Of a stretch of DNA of 46,299 bases, positions 17,161-27,733 are shown one piece after another. A program made the translations under genes and the position numbers. The notes below the pieces were generated by a model. The model ran no database searches. It was not told the DNA's origin and worked only from the letters and a program-made list of their open reading frames with translations. Source of the DNA: a virus (lineage: Duplodnaviria > Caudoviricetes); the IMG/VR virus record IMGVR_UViG_3300009159_000107, positions 1-46,299 of that record, one strand, 5' to 3'. The number at the start of each line of letters is the position of its first letter. Position 1 is the first letter of the stretch.

Positions 17161-20100
17161 TGGATAAGGCAGCACGGGCGGCACTCCTGACGGCCAAGGG
17201 TATGGACAAAACGTCCGAAAACATTGCCGACTATGTTGCCGATCTGCTTCGGCAGGGGCGGGCGTCAGAGGTCACCGACGACCTAATGGCACAGGCTGAC
17301 CCGCAGCGCCTTCACCAGCACTACACCAGCGGCAACACGGGCATGGACCTGCCTATGGACTACGCCAGCCGCATGGAGCGGGCCAAGCAGATGGGGTTTG
17401 ATGATCAAATAAAATATCATGGCGGCAATAATAACCTCTCTGCCTTTGAGGCGCGAAGAGCAGGTAAGGGTATGCAGATGAACATGGCAGGTGTCCATCT
17501 TGCGGAAGACCCTGAATTTGCAAACCTGTATGCAGAAGGTAATGGCGCGCAAGTTTACCCAGCAATGACAAAAGGCAATACCTTAAATGGTACTGCCCTT
17601 GTTTTGGAAGGAACCCCCGAAGCAGACATTATCAAAGACTTGTACAAGGGCAGCACCAAAAAACCATATTGGTCTTCGATTGACGGAACGCCAACTGGTG
17701 TGAAGGTGGCAGCACCGCTACAGACCCACTTGGACCAGTTCCCGCCAAGCAAGACTGAACAGGTACTGAACAAGTATGGCGTAGGCCGAACGACTTATAC
17801 AGCAAAAATGGGCAACCTGTCTCCTTACGGTGGGATGAATGTTTCCAATAAGTCGCCATCTGAGCTTGTGTCTGACCCCACCAACATCCGCTCCCAGTTC
17901 GCCCGCTTTGACCCCCGCCTAGACCATCTGGCACACCTAAGCGCATCCACGGGTGGCGCAATGGAGTTCGCCCGCCACGTTGAGGCCGTGAACCGCGCTG
18001 GTGGCCAGATCGCCCCGTCCAAATACCTGCCCAACGTCCCCCGCGCCGTCCATGCTGGTGGTGGCAAGGTTGATTTTGTAAAGGACAACCCAGGCGGCGA
18101 TTGGCTTGCCAAAAAGCAAAGTTACGCATTTGAGTACCCCCGAATGAAGGGGATTGATGGGGCTATAACAGGGTGGATGGGTGGCAAGTCAGACCTGTTC
18201 CTGCCGACCCACGTCCTAAAATCCATCGAACCGCTCAACAATGAAAAAAGGGTTGCGGGCGAACCACGGTTTGACGATCTGATGTCGTCGGTCAGCAAAG
18301 AGGGTTTTGACCCCCACCAAAAGGGCAACAAAGTTGTGGTGGCGGTAAACCATCGCGGCCAGCCTTTTGTCCTTGAAGGAAATACACGGGTGGCGGTTGC
18401 CCACGCAATGGGGATTCCAAGCGTGAAGGCGGAGGTTCGCTATTGGAATGGTGCAGAGGAAGCTGATGGTCCCATGCACCCAGACAAAGTTTCGGCTATG
18501 GCATCAGACAGCCCCGACATGACAAAGGCCGCAGGTGGCCGCATCCACGCCGAAGATGGTGGCAAGATGGAACTGCGCTCTAGGGCCGCAGAGGCCATCC
18601 GCAACCAGCCGCAGCTTAAGGGCAGCGTTGATCAGTTGCTGGCGGTTGCTGCCAAGGGCAAAGGCGTGAAGCAGGCCGAACTGGCAAACGCTGGCCGCCC
18701 GGCTGGCAACATCATTTCCAAGGAAAAGCTGGCGCAACATTTTGAAGATGCCGCGCCGGACGTGCGGGTGGAGAAATACCAAAATATACCCGCAGTTGGT
18801 CATACCCAAGATGAAAGGAGGGAATACAACCTTCTGTCATGGGAACGTGTAAACAATAGATTGAATGAAGATCAAATCTCCCGTTGGCATGATCTTCACA
18901 ACAAGACCATGCCCAAGGGCGGTACAAAGTACGGAAAGTGGACCCTTGATGTTGGCGATAACTACCGCGAACACTTGCTGCACCTGCCGTCTGCGGGCGG
19001 AGAAGTAAACCATAGGGTGCTTGGTGCATATCCTAGGGATTTTGACACGGCGGAAGATGCACACGAATTCATTGATCGGATGAACCGTGCAGCCGAACAG
19101 CCCGGAATGGAACCTATCCGCGACAGCTTGCGCCAATATCCCCTTACCTATTCCCCCGAAACCCCACCAAGTAATAAAGATTTTCAATCTTCCCATTGGT
19201 CAGTTCCGAACGTCGTCGCCCACGTTCGCATGAAAGACCTTTCTGGGGGCAACGGCCTTTTTGTCCAAGAGGTGCAGTCCGACTGGGGGCAAGAAGGTCG
19301 TGAACAGGGCTTCTACGACACCAAAAACCCCCACGAAATTGTCCGTAAAGGCACCAAAGAAGTCGTGTCCAGACACCCCAACTACAGTTCCATGTGGGAT
19401 GCCTACCGCACCCACCCTGACGCTGACAATCTAAACTATGGGGATGTTAGGGATGAGAAGGTTCCGCAGGCCCCATATGTTGGGAACACCCAGCAATGGA
19501 CCGATCTGGCCCTGAAGCACGTCCTGACCGAAGCCGCCAAAAATGGAAAATACAAACGTGTGGTGTTTGCCCCGGGCGAAGCCAACGCTGACCTTTATGG
19601 GCAGCGTCAGCCCATATCCAGCGCCAAGCTGCACGTCCCCATTGGTATGACTGATACCTTGGGCTACCTTTACACGCAGGACAAAGAGTCTGGTGCATCG
19701 CTTGATCCAATCCTCATCAAGGATGAAAAGGAACTGATTAGCCAGCTTGGCCGAAAACACGCCAAAGCCCTCTTGTCACAAGAACCGACAACTTTTGGTG
19801 GAGCATCAAGCCGCGCCATATCAGAACCCGATATGCACCTCGGCGGCCACGGCATGGTGGACTACTACAACAACATCGTCCACCCAAGCGCGTTGAAGCT
19901 CCTGCAACAGCACGACCCGTCGATCCAACCCGAAAAACCATATGAGATGCCCGGCCAAGAGGGCACTGATAATTATTACAAGGGTCTTTCCCTGCCCATG
20001 ACCGAAACCGCCCGCCAGTCCATCCTCAAGAACGGCTTTGGTACGTTCAAGCGTGGTGGCACAGTAGATGGAGAACCTGATGCAACAACTGAAACTGCCC

Positions 20101-22922
20101 CCGCACGTCCTGAAAATGGCCCCCAAGCGGGAGGACTACCCAACGCAGGAGGAATACGAGGAAGCGAAAGCGTTCTTTCTGCACCGCTTTCGCCACACGG
20201 CGAGGTAGACCTTCAGGGCCTGCCCAAGGATATCCTTATCCCCAAGCTTGGGATGAAGGTTACCGCAGGGCACAACCCCGAAATCCGGCAGGTAGCCCGC
20301 GACTACACCAAGCAGGCTGGCATCGACTACAGCCCGCCCACGATCTACAAGAGGGTTGATCCTAACCTCGGCAAGCGCATTTCGGACGCCTATGCCGACA
20401 TGGCGCATTTCCCGCAGCACCCGCTGGTCAGCGCGGCGTACGATGCAATGAAGCGCGAGACACTGGATCAATACCGCATGATCAAAAAAGCTGGGGTCAA
20501 GATGGAATTCTATCCTGATGTCAGCAAAGACCCCTACTATGGGCAACCGCGCCTGATGACCGAGGACGTAAACAACAACAAACATATGTTTGTCTACCCG
20601 ACTGTGCAGGGCGGTTTTGGAACTGGCAAGCAGCCCAAGGGCCACGAGAACAACCCCCTGCTTGGCGACAGCGGTGAACGTTGGAACGGCCAACCTGTGG
20701 TGTTCAACGACCTTTTCCGGGCCGTCCACGACTACTTTGGGCACGTCAAGGAGGGCTTAGGCTTCCGTGGTGACGGCGAAGAGAACGCATGGCGGTCCCA
20801 TGCGGCCATGTACAGCCCGCTGGCCCGCATTGCCCTTGGTGCCGAAACCCGTGGGCAGAACAGCCTGTTAAACTTTGGCCCGAACGGCGAACACAACCAA
20901 ACCGCCAGCGCCGAAAACACCATTTACTCGCCCCAAAAACTTGGCGTCATGCCCATTTGGGCGCTTCACGAGGGTGCGGAGTTTATCAAACCCGAGGAAC
21001 GCGCCCAGATGGAGGCAATCTACAGGCATTTTGGCCTTGGGCCGGAAGGTTTTGTGGAACCCAAGGTCCAACGTGCGCCTTCTGCCTTTGTCGGACAACA
21101 AAAGATGGCCCCAACCGCCGGGATGCCCCCGTCAGGCATGTTCACGTCCAAGCCCACGCTGTCCAAAGGTGGCACGGTTGGGAAGGAAGAGGGCGGCGCG
21201 ACAGGCTCCCTTCGTGAAAAGGGTCTTTGGACATCTGCACAAGCAATCAAGGCAGGGACAGGGTCACGCGAGGCACACGCGGCACTGGTCAACAAGATCA
21301 AACCCGTTTCACCGTACGCAGCACCAGTTCCCCCTGCGTCCGATCAGCAAGTTCACGACGCGCTGACAAAGGACAAGCAGCCAAAAGCCTTTGCCCCAAG
21401 ACGTTTGGGGGAAGGTACGCCCGTGGCGGTGCGCCTCGACATTCCGGCGTACGAGAAGAAGAACACATGGGTTGTTTCTGTCCATCATCCGAAGACAGAC
21501 TTCACGGCAGGTGAGGTGATCGGCTACGACAGCGTGGCGCATATCGACAATCCGCGCTTTGGGGTCCACCCAACGGGCGCTTTGAACATTGCAAGCGGGA
21601 AGCCCAAGGCCACGATTGCAACGGTTCACGGGAACTGGAAGAAAACAACCCCGGAGGATGCGTTTAAGCTGTCGCAGGCGGTCCACAACGACCCCCAGTG
21701 GCGTCAGGTAGGGATGGACCCGGAACGGCATTCGTATTTCTACGACCGCGAAACGCAAGAACCTGTCATGGCTGCGGACGAGGCCCTGCACATCGGCCCG
21801 CTGGTCTATGCAAAGAACCCTGTGTACGGAAAAAAGACAGATTTCGCTTTTAGCAAGGGCGGTGATGTTGAAGGTGACGATGGCATCACCGCCTACCACG
21901 GCAGCCCGCACAGCTTTGACCAGTTCGACATCGGCAAGCTTGGCACGGGCGAAGGCGCTCAAGCCTATGGGCATGGGCTGTATTTTGCGGCAAACGAAAA
22001 GGTGGCAAAGTCTTACAGAAATGGAATCGCTCTAAACAAAAACTTATTTGATATAGTTGACAAAAAAACTAAAGAGTTGATTGACCCAAACACAAATGGA
22101 TATGAAAAAGTAAAGGATTTCTTCAACAACTTTGCTTACGATCTTAGGTCGGGGGATACCGAAAGATTTAAGCAAGATATGGACAGAGACAAAAAGAGAC
22201 AAATTGACCATATAAAAGATTTTAGGGATTACTCCAAAACGTCAAACGATCCAGATTTTTTCATGAGTGAAGCCCAAAGATTTGAAGATGGCCTGCATCA
22301 TTTTGATGCAGCAAAGTCTTTGATTGATAAGGTTAGGGCTGAACCCAAAGGCCACATGTACAAGGTCAAGTTGAACGTTAAGCCGGAAGAACTGCTGGAC
22401 TGGGATAAGCCGCTGTCTGAGCAACCAGAGGTGGCGCGTAAGCTTGGCTATGCCAGCCATGAAGACATTGAACAACGTAGAAATGCGCTTCAATCCAAAA
22501 TGCGTCCTATTGACATGGACAAGTTTTACGAACCTGAAACCCACGTCCTTACTCCAGAAGAAGAACAGGCGCACACAGACGCAGGTCCGCCCTTGGAGCA
22601 TTGGGGCAACATGACAGGTGAAGACCTGCATAATAGGCTGGTTGCCCATACTGGAAGCAAAAAAGGTGCGGCTAATGCTATGCAGGCCGCTGGTTTAAAG
22701 GGTATCAAATACCTTGATTCTGGAAGCCGCGGTACAATAAATGCTACGGGCAGCCACAACTACGTCATGTTCCACCACGACCCCGTGCAGGTGGTGAACA
22801 AGTACGAGTATGGAGGTGCCATCCCAAAGGCGCGGGATGTGTCTGCCGCCCTCGCCTTAACACGCCGCTTCACCAAAGACGGCACTGGTGCTACAATGGC
22901 GCTGAAACCCAAGGGGAAGTGA
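17160..22922 (+). CDS. Large polyvalent protein (~1920 aa): ART-like, ParB-like, three unassigned modules, ART-like; modules separated by GG motifs
   Basis: YHG..GVHLA..YA..VYP (ART-like); VLEGNTRVAVA (ParB-like); AYHGSPHSFDQF..GEGAQAYGHGLYFA (ART-like). Confidence 0.7.
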   Translation: MDKAARAALLTAKGMDKTSENIADYVADLLRQGRASEVTDDLMAQADPQRLHQHYTSGNTGMDLPMDYASRMERAKQMGFDDQIKYHGGNNNLSAFEARRAGKGMQMNMAGVHLAEDPEFANLYAEGNGAQVYPAMTKGNTLNGTALVLEGTPEADIIKDLYKGSTKKPYWSSIDGTPTGVKVAAPLQTHLDQFPPSKTEQVLNKYGVGRTTYTAKMGNLSPYGGMNVSNKSPSELVSDPTNIRSQFARFDPRLDHLAHLSASTGGAMEFARHVEAVNRAGGQIAPSKYLPNVPRAVHAGGGKVDFVKDNPGGDWLAKKQSYAFEYPRMKGIDGAITGWMGGKSDLFLPTHVLKSIEPLNNEKRVAGEPRFDDLMSSVSKEGFDPHQKGNKVVVAVNHRGQPFVLEGNTRVAVAHAMGIPSVKAEVRYWNGAEEADGPMHPDKVSAMASDSPDMTKAAGGRIHAEDGGKMELRSRAAEAIRNQPQLKGSVDQLLAVAAKGKGVKQAELANAGRPAGNIISKEKLAQHFEDAAPDVRVEKYQNIPAVGHTQDERREYNLLSWERVNNRLNEDQISRWHDLHNKTMPKGGTKYGKWTLDVGDNYREHLLHLPSAGGEVNHRVLGAYPRDFDTAEDAHEFIDRMNRAAEQPGMEPIRDSLRQYPLTYSPETPPSNKDFQSSHWSVPNVVAHVRMKDLSGGNGLFVQEVQSDWGQEGREQGFYDTKNPHEIVRKGTKEVVSRHPNYSSMWDAYRTHPDADNLNYGDVRDEKVPQAPYVGNTQQWTDLALKHVLTEAAKNGKYKRVVFAPGEANADLYGQRQPISSAKLHVPIGMTDTLGYLYTQDKESGASLDPILIKDEKELISQLGRKHAKALLSQEPTTFGGASSRAISEPDMHLGGHGMVDYYNNIVHPSALKLLQQHDPSIQPEKPYEMPGQEGTDNYYKGLSLPMTETARQSILKNGFGTFKRGGTVDGEPDATTETAPARPENGPQAGGLPNAGGIRGSESVLSAPLSPHGEVDLQGLPKDILIPKLGMKVTAGHNPEIRQVARDYTKQAGIDYSPPTIYKRVDPNLGKRISDAYADMAHFPQHPLVSAAYDAMKRETLDQYRMIKKAGVKMEFYPDVSKDPYYGQPRLMTEDVNNNKHMFVYPTVQGGFGTGKQPKGHENNPLLGDSGERWNGQPVVFNDLFRAVHDYFGHVKEGLGFRGDGEENAWRSHAAMYSPLARIALGAETRGQNSLLNFGPNGEHNQTASAENTIYSPQKLGVMPIWALHEGAEFIKPEERAQMEAIYRHFGLGPEGFVEPKVQRAPSAFVGQQKMAPTAGMPPSGMFTSKPTLSKGGTVGKEEGGATGSLREKGLWTSAQAIKAGTGSREAHAALVNKIKPVSPYAAPVPPASDQQVHDALTKDKQPKAFAPRRLGEGTPVAVRLDIPAYEKKNTWVVSVHHPKTDFTAGEVIGYDSVAHIDNPRFGVHPTGALNIASGKPKATIATVHGNWKKTTPEDAFKLSQAVHNDPQWRQVGMDPERHSYFYDRETQEPVMAADEALHIGPLVYAKNPVYGKKTDFAFSKGGDVEGDDGITAYHGSPHSFDQFDIGKLGTGEGAQAYGHGLYFAANEKVAKSYRNGIALNKNLFDIVDKKTKELIDPNTNGYEKVKDFFNNFAYDLRSGDTERFKQDMDRDKKRQIDHIKDFRDYSKTSNDPDFFMSEAQRFEDGLHHFDAAKSLIDKVRAEPKGHMYKVKLNVKPEELLDWDKPLSEQPEVARKLGYASHEDIEQRRNALQSKMRPIDMDKFYEPETHVLTPEEEQAHTDAGPPLEHWGNMTGEDLHNRLVAHTGSKKGAANAMQAAGLKGIKYLDSGSRGTINATGSHNYVMFHHDPVQVVNKYEYGGAIPKARDVSAALALTRRFTKDGTGATMALKPKGK

Positions 22923-22923
22923 C

Positions 22924-25218
22924 ATGGACGACATTGTAAAGAAGGCCCTTGGCAAGGTCGCCCGGTACAAAGACCCGCAAAATCCCAAGATGGACGATTG
23001 GAAATGGCGTCCGTTGAAGGATGTCCACGCCGAACTGGAAGGTTTGCCCGAAATTCCCAGCCATGTGGAGAAATTTGGCGCATTTATGGACGAAACCGCC
23101 AACCGTGCGGTCAAGCAGGGCCTGACGCCCCGCGATCTGATCAAAGCCTACGCCATCACCCGGGCATCCATCCAGCGCAGACAGAAAAGTGCCGATTCCG
23201 TGCGTGAAAACGGCCTGATGTTGCCGCCCACAACCGCTAAAATGATCCGGCCCGAAGGTGCGATGGGGGAATGGTTGCATAGCCCGATGGGGCAACGGTA
23301 TTTGGATGCCGCAGAGCGTGGTCAGGTTGATGAAGAGGCCGTGGCACACGCCCAGCGCGTCATGTCACCGTTTGGCTTAACGACTGAGGCCTCTGCTTTG
23401 CCATGGGCTGCACAGGTACTTGGTCCCCACTACAAACAAGTGGGCGATATGGTTGCCCGGAACCTGATGGGGAAGTCCCCAACAGCCGAGTGGCAAGATT
23501 TTAGCAAGAAAAACCTGCATGGCATCGGCGTGGCCAAGGCTGGGTTCATTGCGTCGTTGCTGGGCCGTGGGGACATGCCCACGTTTGATGCGCGTCAGGT
23601 GAAGTTGCAGACTGGTATCCAAAAAACCAAAGAAGCAACGCCCATGACGAACAAGGGCGGCTTTGGTGTCATCGACAGGCTTGCCGCCCGTCAGGCCGCC
23701 ATGAACCCCAAGATGGACCCCGGACTGGAACCCTACCGCCAGCACCTGACCCACCACGCGATCTGGGACAAGGCCGAGAACGCCACGACCACGCATGATG
23801 ACGTGATGAACGCCATGAGGAACGCCAAGGATGGTGGCCGGATTGGGTACAGCACTAAGGGTGCCGTTGACCTTGCTGCACCTGCCACTGTTTCCGAGCC
23901 GCCCCTATCAGAACATCCGCTGTACAAAGCTTTGCTGGAAACAGTGCATGGTGGGGTCAACACCCAATTTGTAAAGCAGGCGATCCAGAATCTTCCCCAG
24001 ACTGGGTTTAAAAGGTCAGGCGCTGGGCTGATGATGCGCGACCCAAGGCTTATGACGTCGCCTCCGGTTTTGTCTGACATCAAAAATACCCCAAAAAGCG
24101 GTTACTTAAACACGCCTTTCCAGCAAATGACGGCTGACTATGGGTCAAAAAATAACCTGATGCCGTCAAAAATTGCCGATATTGAAAAAATGCAAAGAGA
24201 AGGTGCCTTTTTGCGTCCCCTTCTGGGGGACAAGACCCCAGCCGACACAGTTTTGATGGGCCACAACAACGTGGCCCTGACTGATCCGGTCAGCCAAGTT
24301 GGGGGCGGCGACTATGGTCGTTCGGAGTTTGCCAGAGCAAACGAAGGCACGGGTTGGCGGTCGCGTCAGGGCGCATCAAAAGGTATGCAGCGTCGCATCT
24401 CGGAGTTTGGCGACGAATTTCCACAGTACGGCATCCACACCCTGATGGGCCACAAGTCTGCCGACAGTTCCAACATGCTGTTGCACTCCATCATCCGCAT
24501 GGTGCCAAACTTGCCCATCAAGTCAGAGCATATTGCGGCCTTTGACGACGAGATGCGTAAAAAATTCCCCCACAGCGACGCCTACCCCCTGCCGTGGCCC
24601 GGCATTATGAACACAAACGAGGTGCATGATTTTTTCTACCGTCAGCCATCCAAGATCAAGGGAAAGAAGGGGGCATTTACGGTTGCGCTAAAAGCACGAC
24701 CGGGGTCTGACGTTTCCAAGTTTGTCCAAAATCTTGACAGCGTCCGGTGGCAATCTACGGGTTTCCCGAACGTTGCGTCCGCCCGCTTTGCCAACACGGT
24801 TCCAGAACTCTTTGCCGAACCCCAGTTGTCGTCCGGCTACATGCTCACCCACTTGGACCCTACACGCGACCTTCGGGCAAACGATGAGTTCCTTTCTCAC
24901 GACACATACACCCACGGCCTGCCGACACGGGGATATGCAGGTCGGTTTAAGGCGCTGGTTCCTGCGGCACAGCTTTTTGCGGATAGTCTGGGTGGCGCAA
25001 AGACCGCTACCGAAATACAGCAAACGCTGATGACAAAGTTCCCCGCAGTCAAGGTGACCCAGAAAATTGTTGATATGGTCAAGCAAGCCGAGGAAGATCG
25101 CAAAAGCAAGTATGGCTTTGCGTCGGGTGGCACTGTCCCTAAGAAGACCAAAAACATGGAACGTGCAATGTCGCTCACTTCGTTGTATGCTCTCGATCAC
25201 GACCGGGACGCCGGATAA
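22924..25218 (+). CDS. Two-module protein: HhH-GPD glycosylase-like module plus unknown module, GG-delimited
   Basis: [29 protein letters not shown] HhH+Asp pattern; AKDGGRI and FASGGTV junctions. Confidence 0.55.
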   Translation: MDDIVKKALGKVARYKDPQNPKMDDWKWRPLKDVHAELEGLPEIPSHVEKFGAFMDETANRAVKQGLTPRDLIKAYAITRASIQRRQKSADSVRENGLMLPPTTAKMIRPEGAMGEWLHSPMGQRYLDAAERGQVDEEAVAHAQRVMSPFGLTTEASALPWAAQVLGPHYKQVGDMVARNLMGKSPTAEWQDFSKKNLHGIGVAKAGFIASLLGRGDMPTFDARQVKLQTGIQKTKEATPMTNKGGFGVIDRLAARQAAMNPKMDPGLEPYRQHLTHHAIWDKAENATTTHDDVMNAMRNAKDGGRIGYSTKGAVDLAAPATVSEPPLSEHPLYKALLETVHGGVNTQFVKQAIQNLPQTGFKRSGAGLMMRDPRLMTSPPVLSDIKNTPKSGYLNTPFQQMTADYGSKNNLMPSKIADIEKMQREGAFLRPLLGDKTPADTVLMGHNNVALTDPVSQVGGGDYGRSEFARANEGTGWRSRQGASKGMQRRISEFGDEFPQYGIHTLMGHKSADSSNMLLHSIIRMVPNLPIKSEHIAAFDDEMRKKFPHSDAYPLPWPGIMNTNEVHDFFYRQPSKIKGKKGAFTVALKARPGSDVSKFVQNLDSVRWQSTGFPNVASARFANTVPELFAEPQLSSGYMLTHLDPTRDLRANDEFLSHDTYTHGLPTRGYAGRFKALVPAAQLFADSLGGAKTATEIQQTLMTKFPAVKVTQKIVDMVKQAEEDRKSKYGFASGGTVPKKTKNMERAMSLTSLYALDHDRDAG

Positions 25219-25235
25219 CCTCAGAGGATCGCAAC

Positions 25236-27035
25236 ATGGATTTCAAGGCGCTGCGAGCAGCAAAAAACAAGAAGGCCCAGAGCATGATCGAAAGCTCTGG
25301 CGGGAAGGTGGATAGCTCCACTTGGACCCCAGATGAAAAGCTGAACGCAGATGCCAAGACGGGTATGCGCCCGATCTCGCGCCGTGCGTTCAAAGCTGGT
25401 GGCAAGGTTGAGGGCGAGAAGGCCAAGACCAACCTGTCCCGCACCCCGCGTGGGTTTGAACAGAAGGTCGGTCTTGCCAACACCAACCAGAAAGACGCCA
25501 ACGAAGAGCGCGAAGGCGTCAAGCACGTTGGCGGCATGAAGCGCGGTGGCCGTGCTGGGTATCAAACCTACGGCGCTGTTGATGGTGCCAAGTTGGACAC
25601 CGTTGGCCCAGAAAAAACTGGCGAAGCTTCGGAACCGATGACCACCATGAACGGTCGCAAGGTCAGCGCCAAGCAAGAAGCAAGCTTTAACGAAGCCCAA
25701 AAGCAGCAAGCTGCATGGGAAGCCGAACAACGCCAAAAGGGCGACATGACCCGCCGCAAGGATGGTGGCCGTGCCAAGAAGGCGTCTGGCGGTTCTGATG
25801 ATGACGGATACAAAGAAGGTGTGGATTACGATTTGGTTGAAGGTGAAGATGGCAATTTTACCCGTCACTTCCTAACCCGCGCTGAGAAAAAGTCCCGCGC
25901 AGCACCGACCACCAGCCCGATCCCGCCGAAGCGCCCACAGGCTTCCGCCACCGCAGCATCTGGTACTATGACCACCAGCCCACGCCCAATGCCCCGTCCC
26001 GTAACAAACGTCATGCAGCCTGCAAAGATCACCACCTCTCCCCTGCCGGAAGATGTGTCTGCCGCAACCATGAAGGCCTTGGGAACATCTGCCTTGCAAG
26101 CCCAAGCAGATGATCAGAAAAAGCGCAGCGAACAAAACCGTGGTATGCTTGAACTTATGACGGGACGCACGGGCGCTGCCGCGCAATACAAAAAGGGCGG
26201 CATGGCTGGCAAGTGGGAAGGTTCTGCCAAGGACAAGATGCAGGACAAGAAGCTTGCAGCCAAGCGCGGCATGTCCATGAAGGAATGGGAAGCCTCCAAG
26301 GCCGACGACAAGCACGACAGCCAGAAGTCCATGAAGGGCCTGAAGGCTGGCGGTCGCACCAAGATGAACGCTGGTGGAACAGGTCGCCCAGCCCCGCATA
26401 TGGCACCTTCTAATGACTATTGGACGGCTGAAGAAGGTCGTCAATCCCTGCGCGACATGGGCGACAAGACACGCCGCGCTTCTGGCGGCAAGGCTGCCCA
26501 CGACAAAGACTGCATGTGCAAAGCTTGCGGCGGTTCGGCTGGCATGAAAGCTGGCGGCGGCCTCTATGCCAACATCCATGCCAAGCGTGAACGTGGCGAA
26601 GAGATGCGGAAGCCCGGCGAGAAGGGTGCGCCGTCAGCGCAGGACTTCAAGGACGCCAAGCGTACAGCCCGTGCTACTGGTGGCCGTACCAAGGGCACCA
26701 CGAACATCAGCATCAACGTGATGCCCCACACGCCGAACAAGCCCATGGGTATCCAGCCTCCGATGCCGATGCCCCCAATGCCCCCCGTTGGTGGTCCGCC
26801 CCCGATGCCAATGGCACCACCGCCCGCCCGCATGTCGCTGCCGCCCGGTCTAGGCGCTGCTATGGCTGGTGCCGCTGGAGAAGGCCCAATGCCCCCTCCG
26901 GGTGGCCCCGGCGCTCCCATGCCGCCCATGATGGGTCGCAAGGATGGCGGTAAGGTCTACCCCAAAATGAAGTATGGGGCAGGCGGCGGCAAAGGTCGCC
27001 TTGAAAAAATCGACGAGTATGGTAATAACGCATAA
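25236..27035 (+). CDS. Basic low-complexity protein made of short GG-delimited peptides; putative internal head protein
   Basis: About 12 xKxGG/xAxGG repeats; Lys/Arg/Gly-rich; Pro/Met-rich C-terminal part. Confidence 0.65.
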   Translation: MDFKALRAAKNKKAQSMIESSGGKVDSSTWTPDEKLNADAKTGMRPISRRAFKAGGKVEGEKAKTNLSRTPRGFEQKVGLANTNQKDANEEREGVKHVGGMKRGGRAGYQTYGAVDGAKLDTVGPEKTGEASEPMTTMNGRKVSAKQEASFNEAQKQQAAWEAEQRQKGDMTRRKDGGRAKKASGGSDDDGYKEGVDYDLVEGEDGNFTRHFLTRAEKKSRAAPTTSPIPPKRPQASATAASGTMTTSPRPMPRPVTNVMQPAKITTSPLPEDVSAATMKALGTSALQAQADDQKKRSEQNRGMLELMTGRTGAAAQYKKGGMAGKWEGSAKDKMQDKKLAAKRGMSMKEWEASKADDKHDSQKSMKGLKAGGRTKMNAGGTGRPAPHMAPSNDYWTAEEGRQSLRDMGDKTRRASGGKAAHDKDCMCKACGGSAGMKAGGGLYANIHAKRERGEEMRKPGEKGAPSAQDFKDAKRTARATGGRTKGTTNISINVMPHTPNKPMGIQPPMPMPPMPPVGGPPPMPMAPPPARMSLPPGLGAAMAGAAGEGPMPPPGGPGAPMPPMMGRKDGGKVYPKMKYGAGGGKGRLEKIDEYGNNA

Positions 27036-27062
27036 GGTGCGCCCTCCCTGCACCTAACTGTG

Positions 27063-27092
27063 GCCCCCAGCATTTCTCCGGATGTTGGGGGT
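27063..27092 (+). terminator. Stem-loop after GG-repeat gene
   Basis: CCCCCAGCAT/ATGTTGGGGG stem; no clear U tract. Confidence 0.35.
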
Positions 27093-27115
27093 CACGCCAA
27101 TGATGAGTGATTAGA

Positions 27116-27322
27116 ATGATCCAGACGGCAAGCAGCGTTTTCGAACGTGAGCTTCGAAGGATGATAAGCGAAGAACGCCATCATATCGCCACCAACATTG
27201 TTGGGGGGCATTCTATCACATCTATGGAAGAATACCGCGAGGCGGTCGGCAAGATCGCCGCGCTGGATATGGTCATTGAACTTTGCGATGACGCCCAGAC
27301 AATCGTCAACAAAACCCTCTGA
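27116..27322 (+). CDS. Hypothetical protein
   Basis: EEYREAVGKIAAL segment; directly upstream of GroES-like gene. Confidence 0.65.
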   Translation: MIQTASSVFERELRRMISEERHHIATNIVGGHSITSMEEYREAVGKIAALDMVIELCDDAQTIVNKTL

Positions 27323-27332
27323 AGGATTAACC

Positions 27333-27722
27333 ATGCCGCATATGCCCATGTTGCACGAAACAGACCCAAAGCTTACCATCCTAGAAGCACTTGGCGACAT
27401 ATCTAATGTGGAACTATTCCACAATCAAGTCCTTTTGGCGACTTATTTGCGCCCAACTAAAACAAAAAGTGGATTGATCCTTACGGACAGCCACGTTGAT
27501 GAGGACAAATACCAGTCCAAGGTCGGCTTGTTGGTTAAGCGCGGCCCCAAAGCGTTCGAACAGGACGGCACATGGTTCGAAGGTATGGAATTTCACGACC
27601 ACGATTGGCTGATCTTCCGCCCGTCTGACGGCTGGTCCATCACCGTGAACAACGTCCTCTGCCGCATCTTCGACGACGTAAACATCAAGGGCCGGGTACA
27701 AGACCCCGATGCCGTGTACTGA
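27333..27722 (+). CDS. groES: GroES/Cpn10-like co-chaperonin
   Basis: NQVLL...KTKSGLILTD....VGLLVKRGP.AF...DWLIF....CRIFDD.NI.G. Confidence 0.75.
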   Translation: MPHMPMLHETDPKLTILEALGDISNVELFHNQVLLATYLRPTKTKSGLILTDSHVDEDKYQSKVGLLVKRGPKAFEQDGTWFEGMEFHDHDWLIFRPSDGWSITVNNVLCRIFDDVNIKGRVQDPDAVY

Positions 27723-27733
27723 AGGGAACCCCC

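Noticed and set aside
17160-22922. Giant ORF as an N4-like or crAss-like virion RNA polymerase
   Set aside because: No recognisable RNAP catalytic motifs. The sequence instead reads as a mosaic of short ART-like, ParB-like and unknown modules.
25236-27035. GG motifs as ubiquitin-like C-terminal conjugation tags
   Set aside because: No beta-grasp domains or E1/E2-like genes in the window. The motifs are internal and precede diverse sequences.
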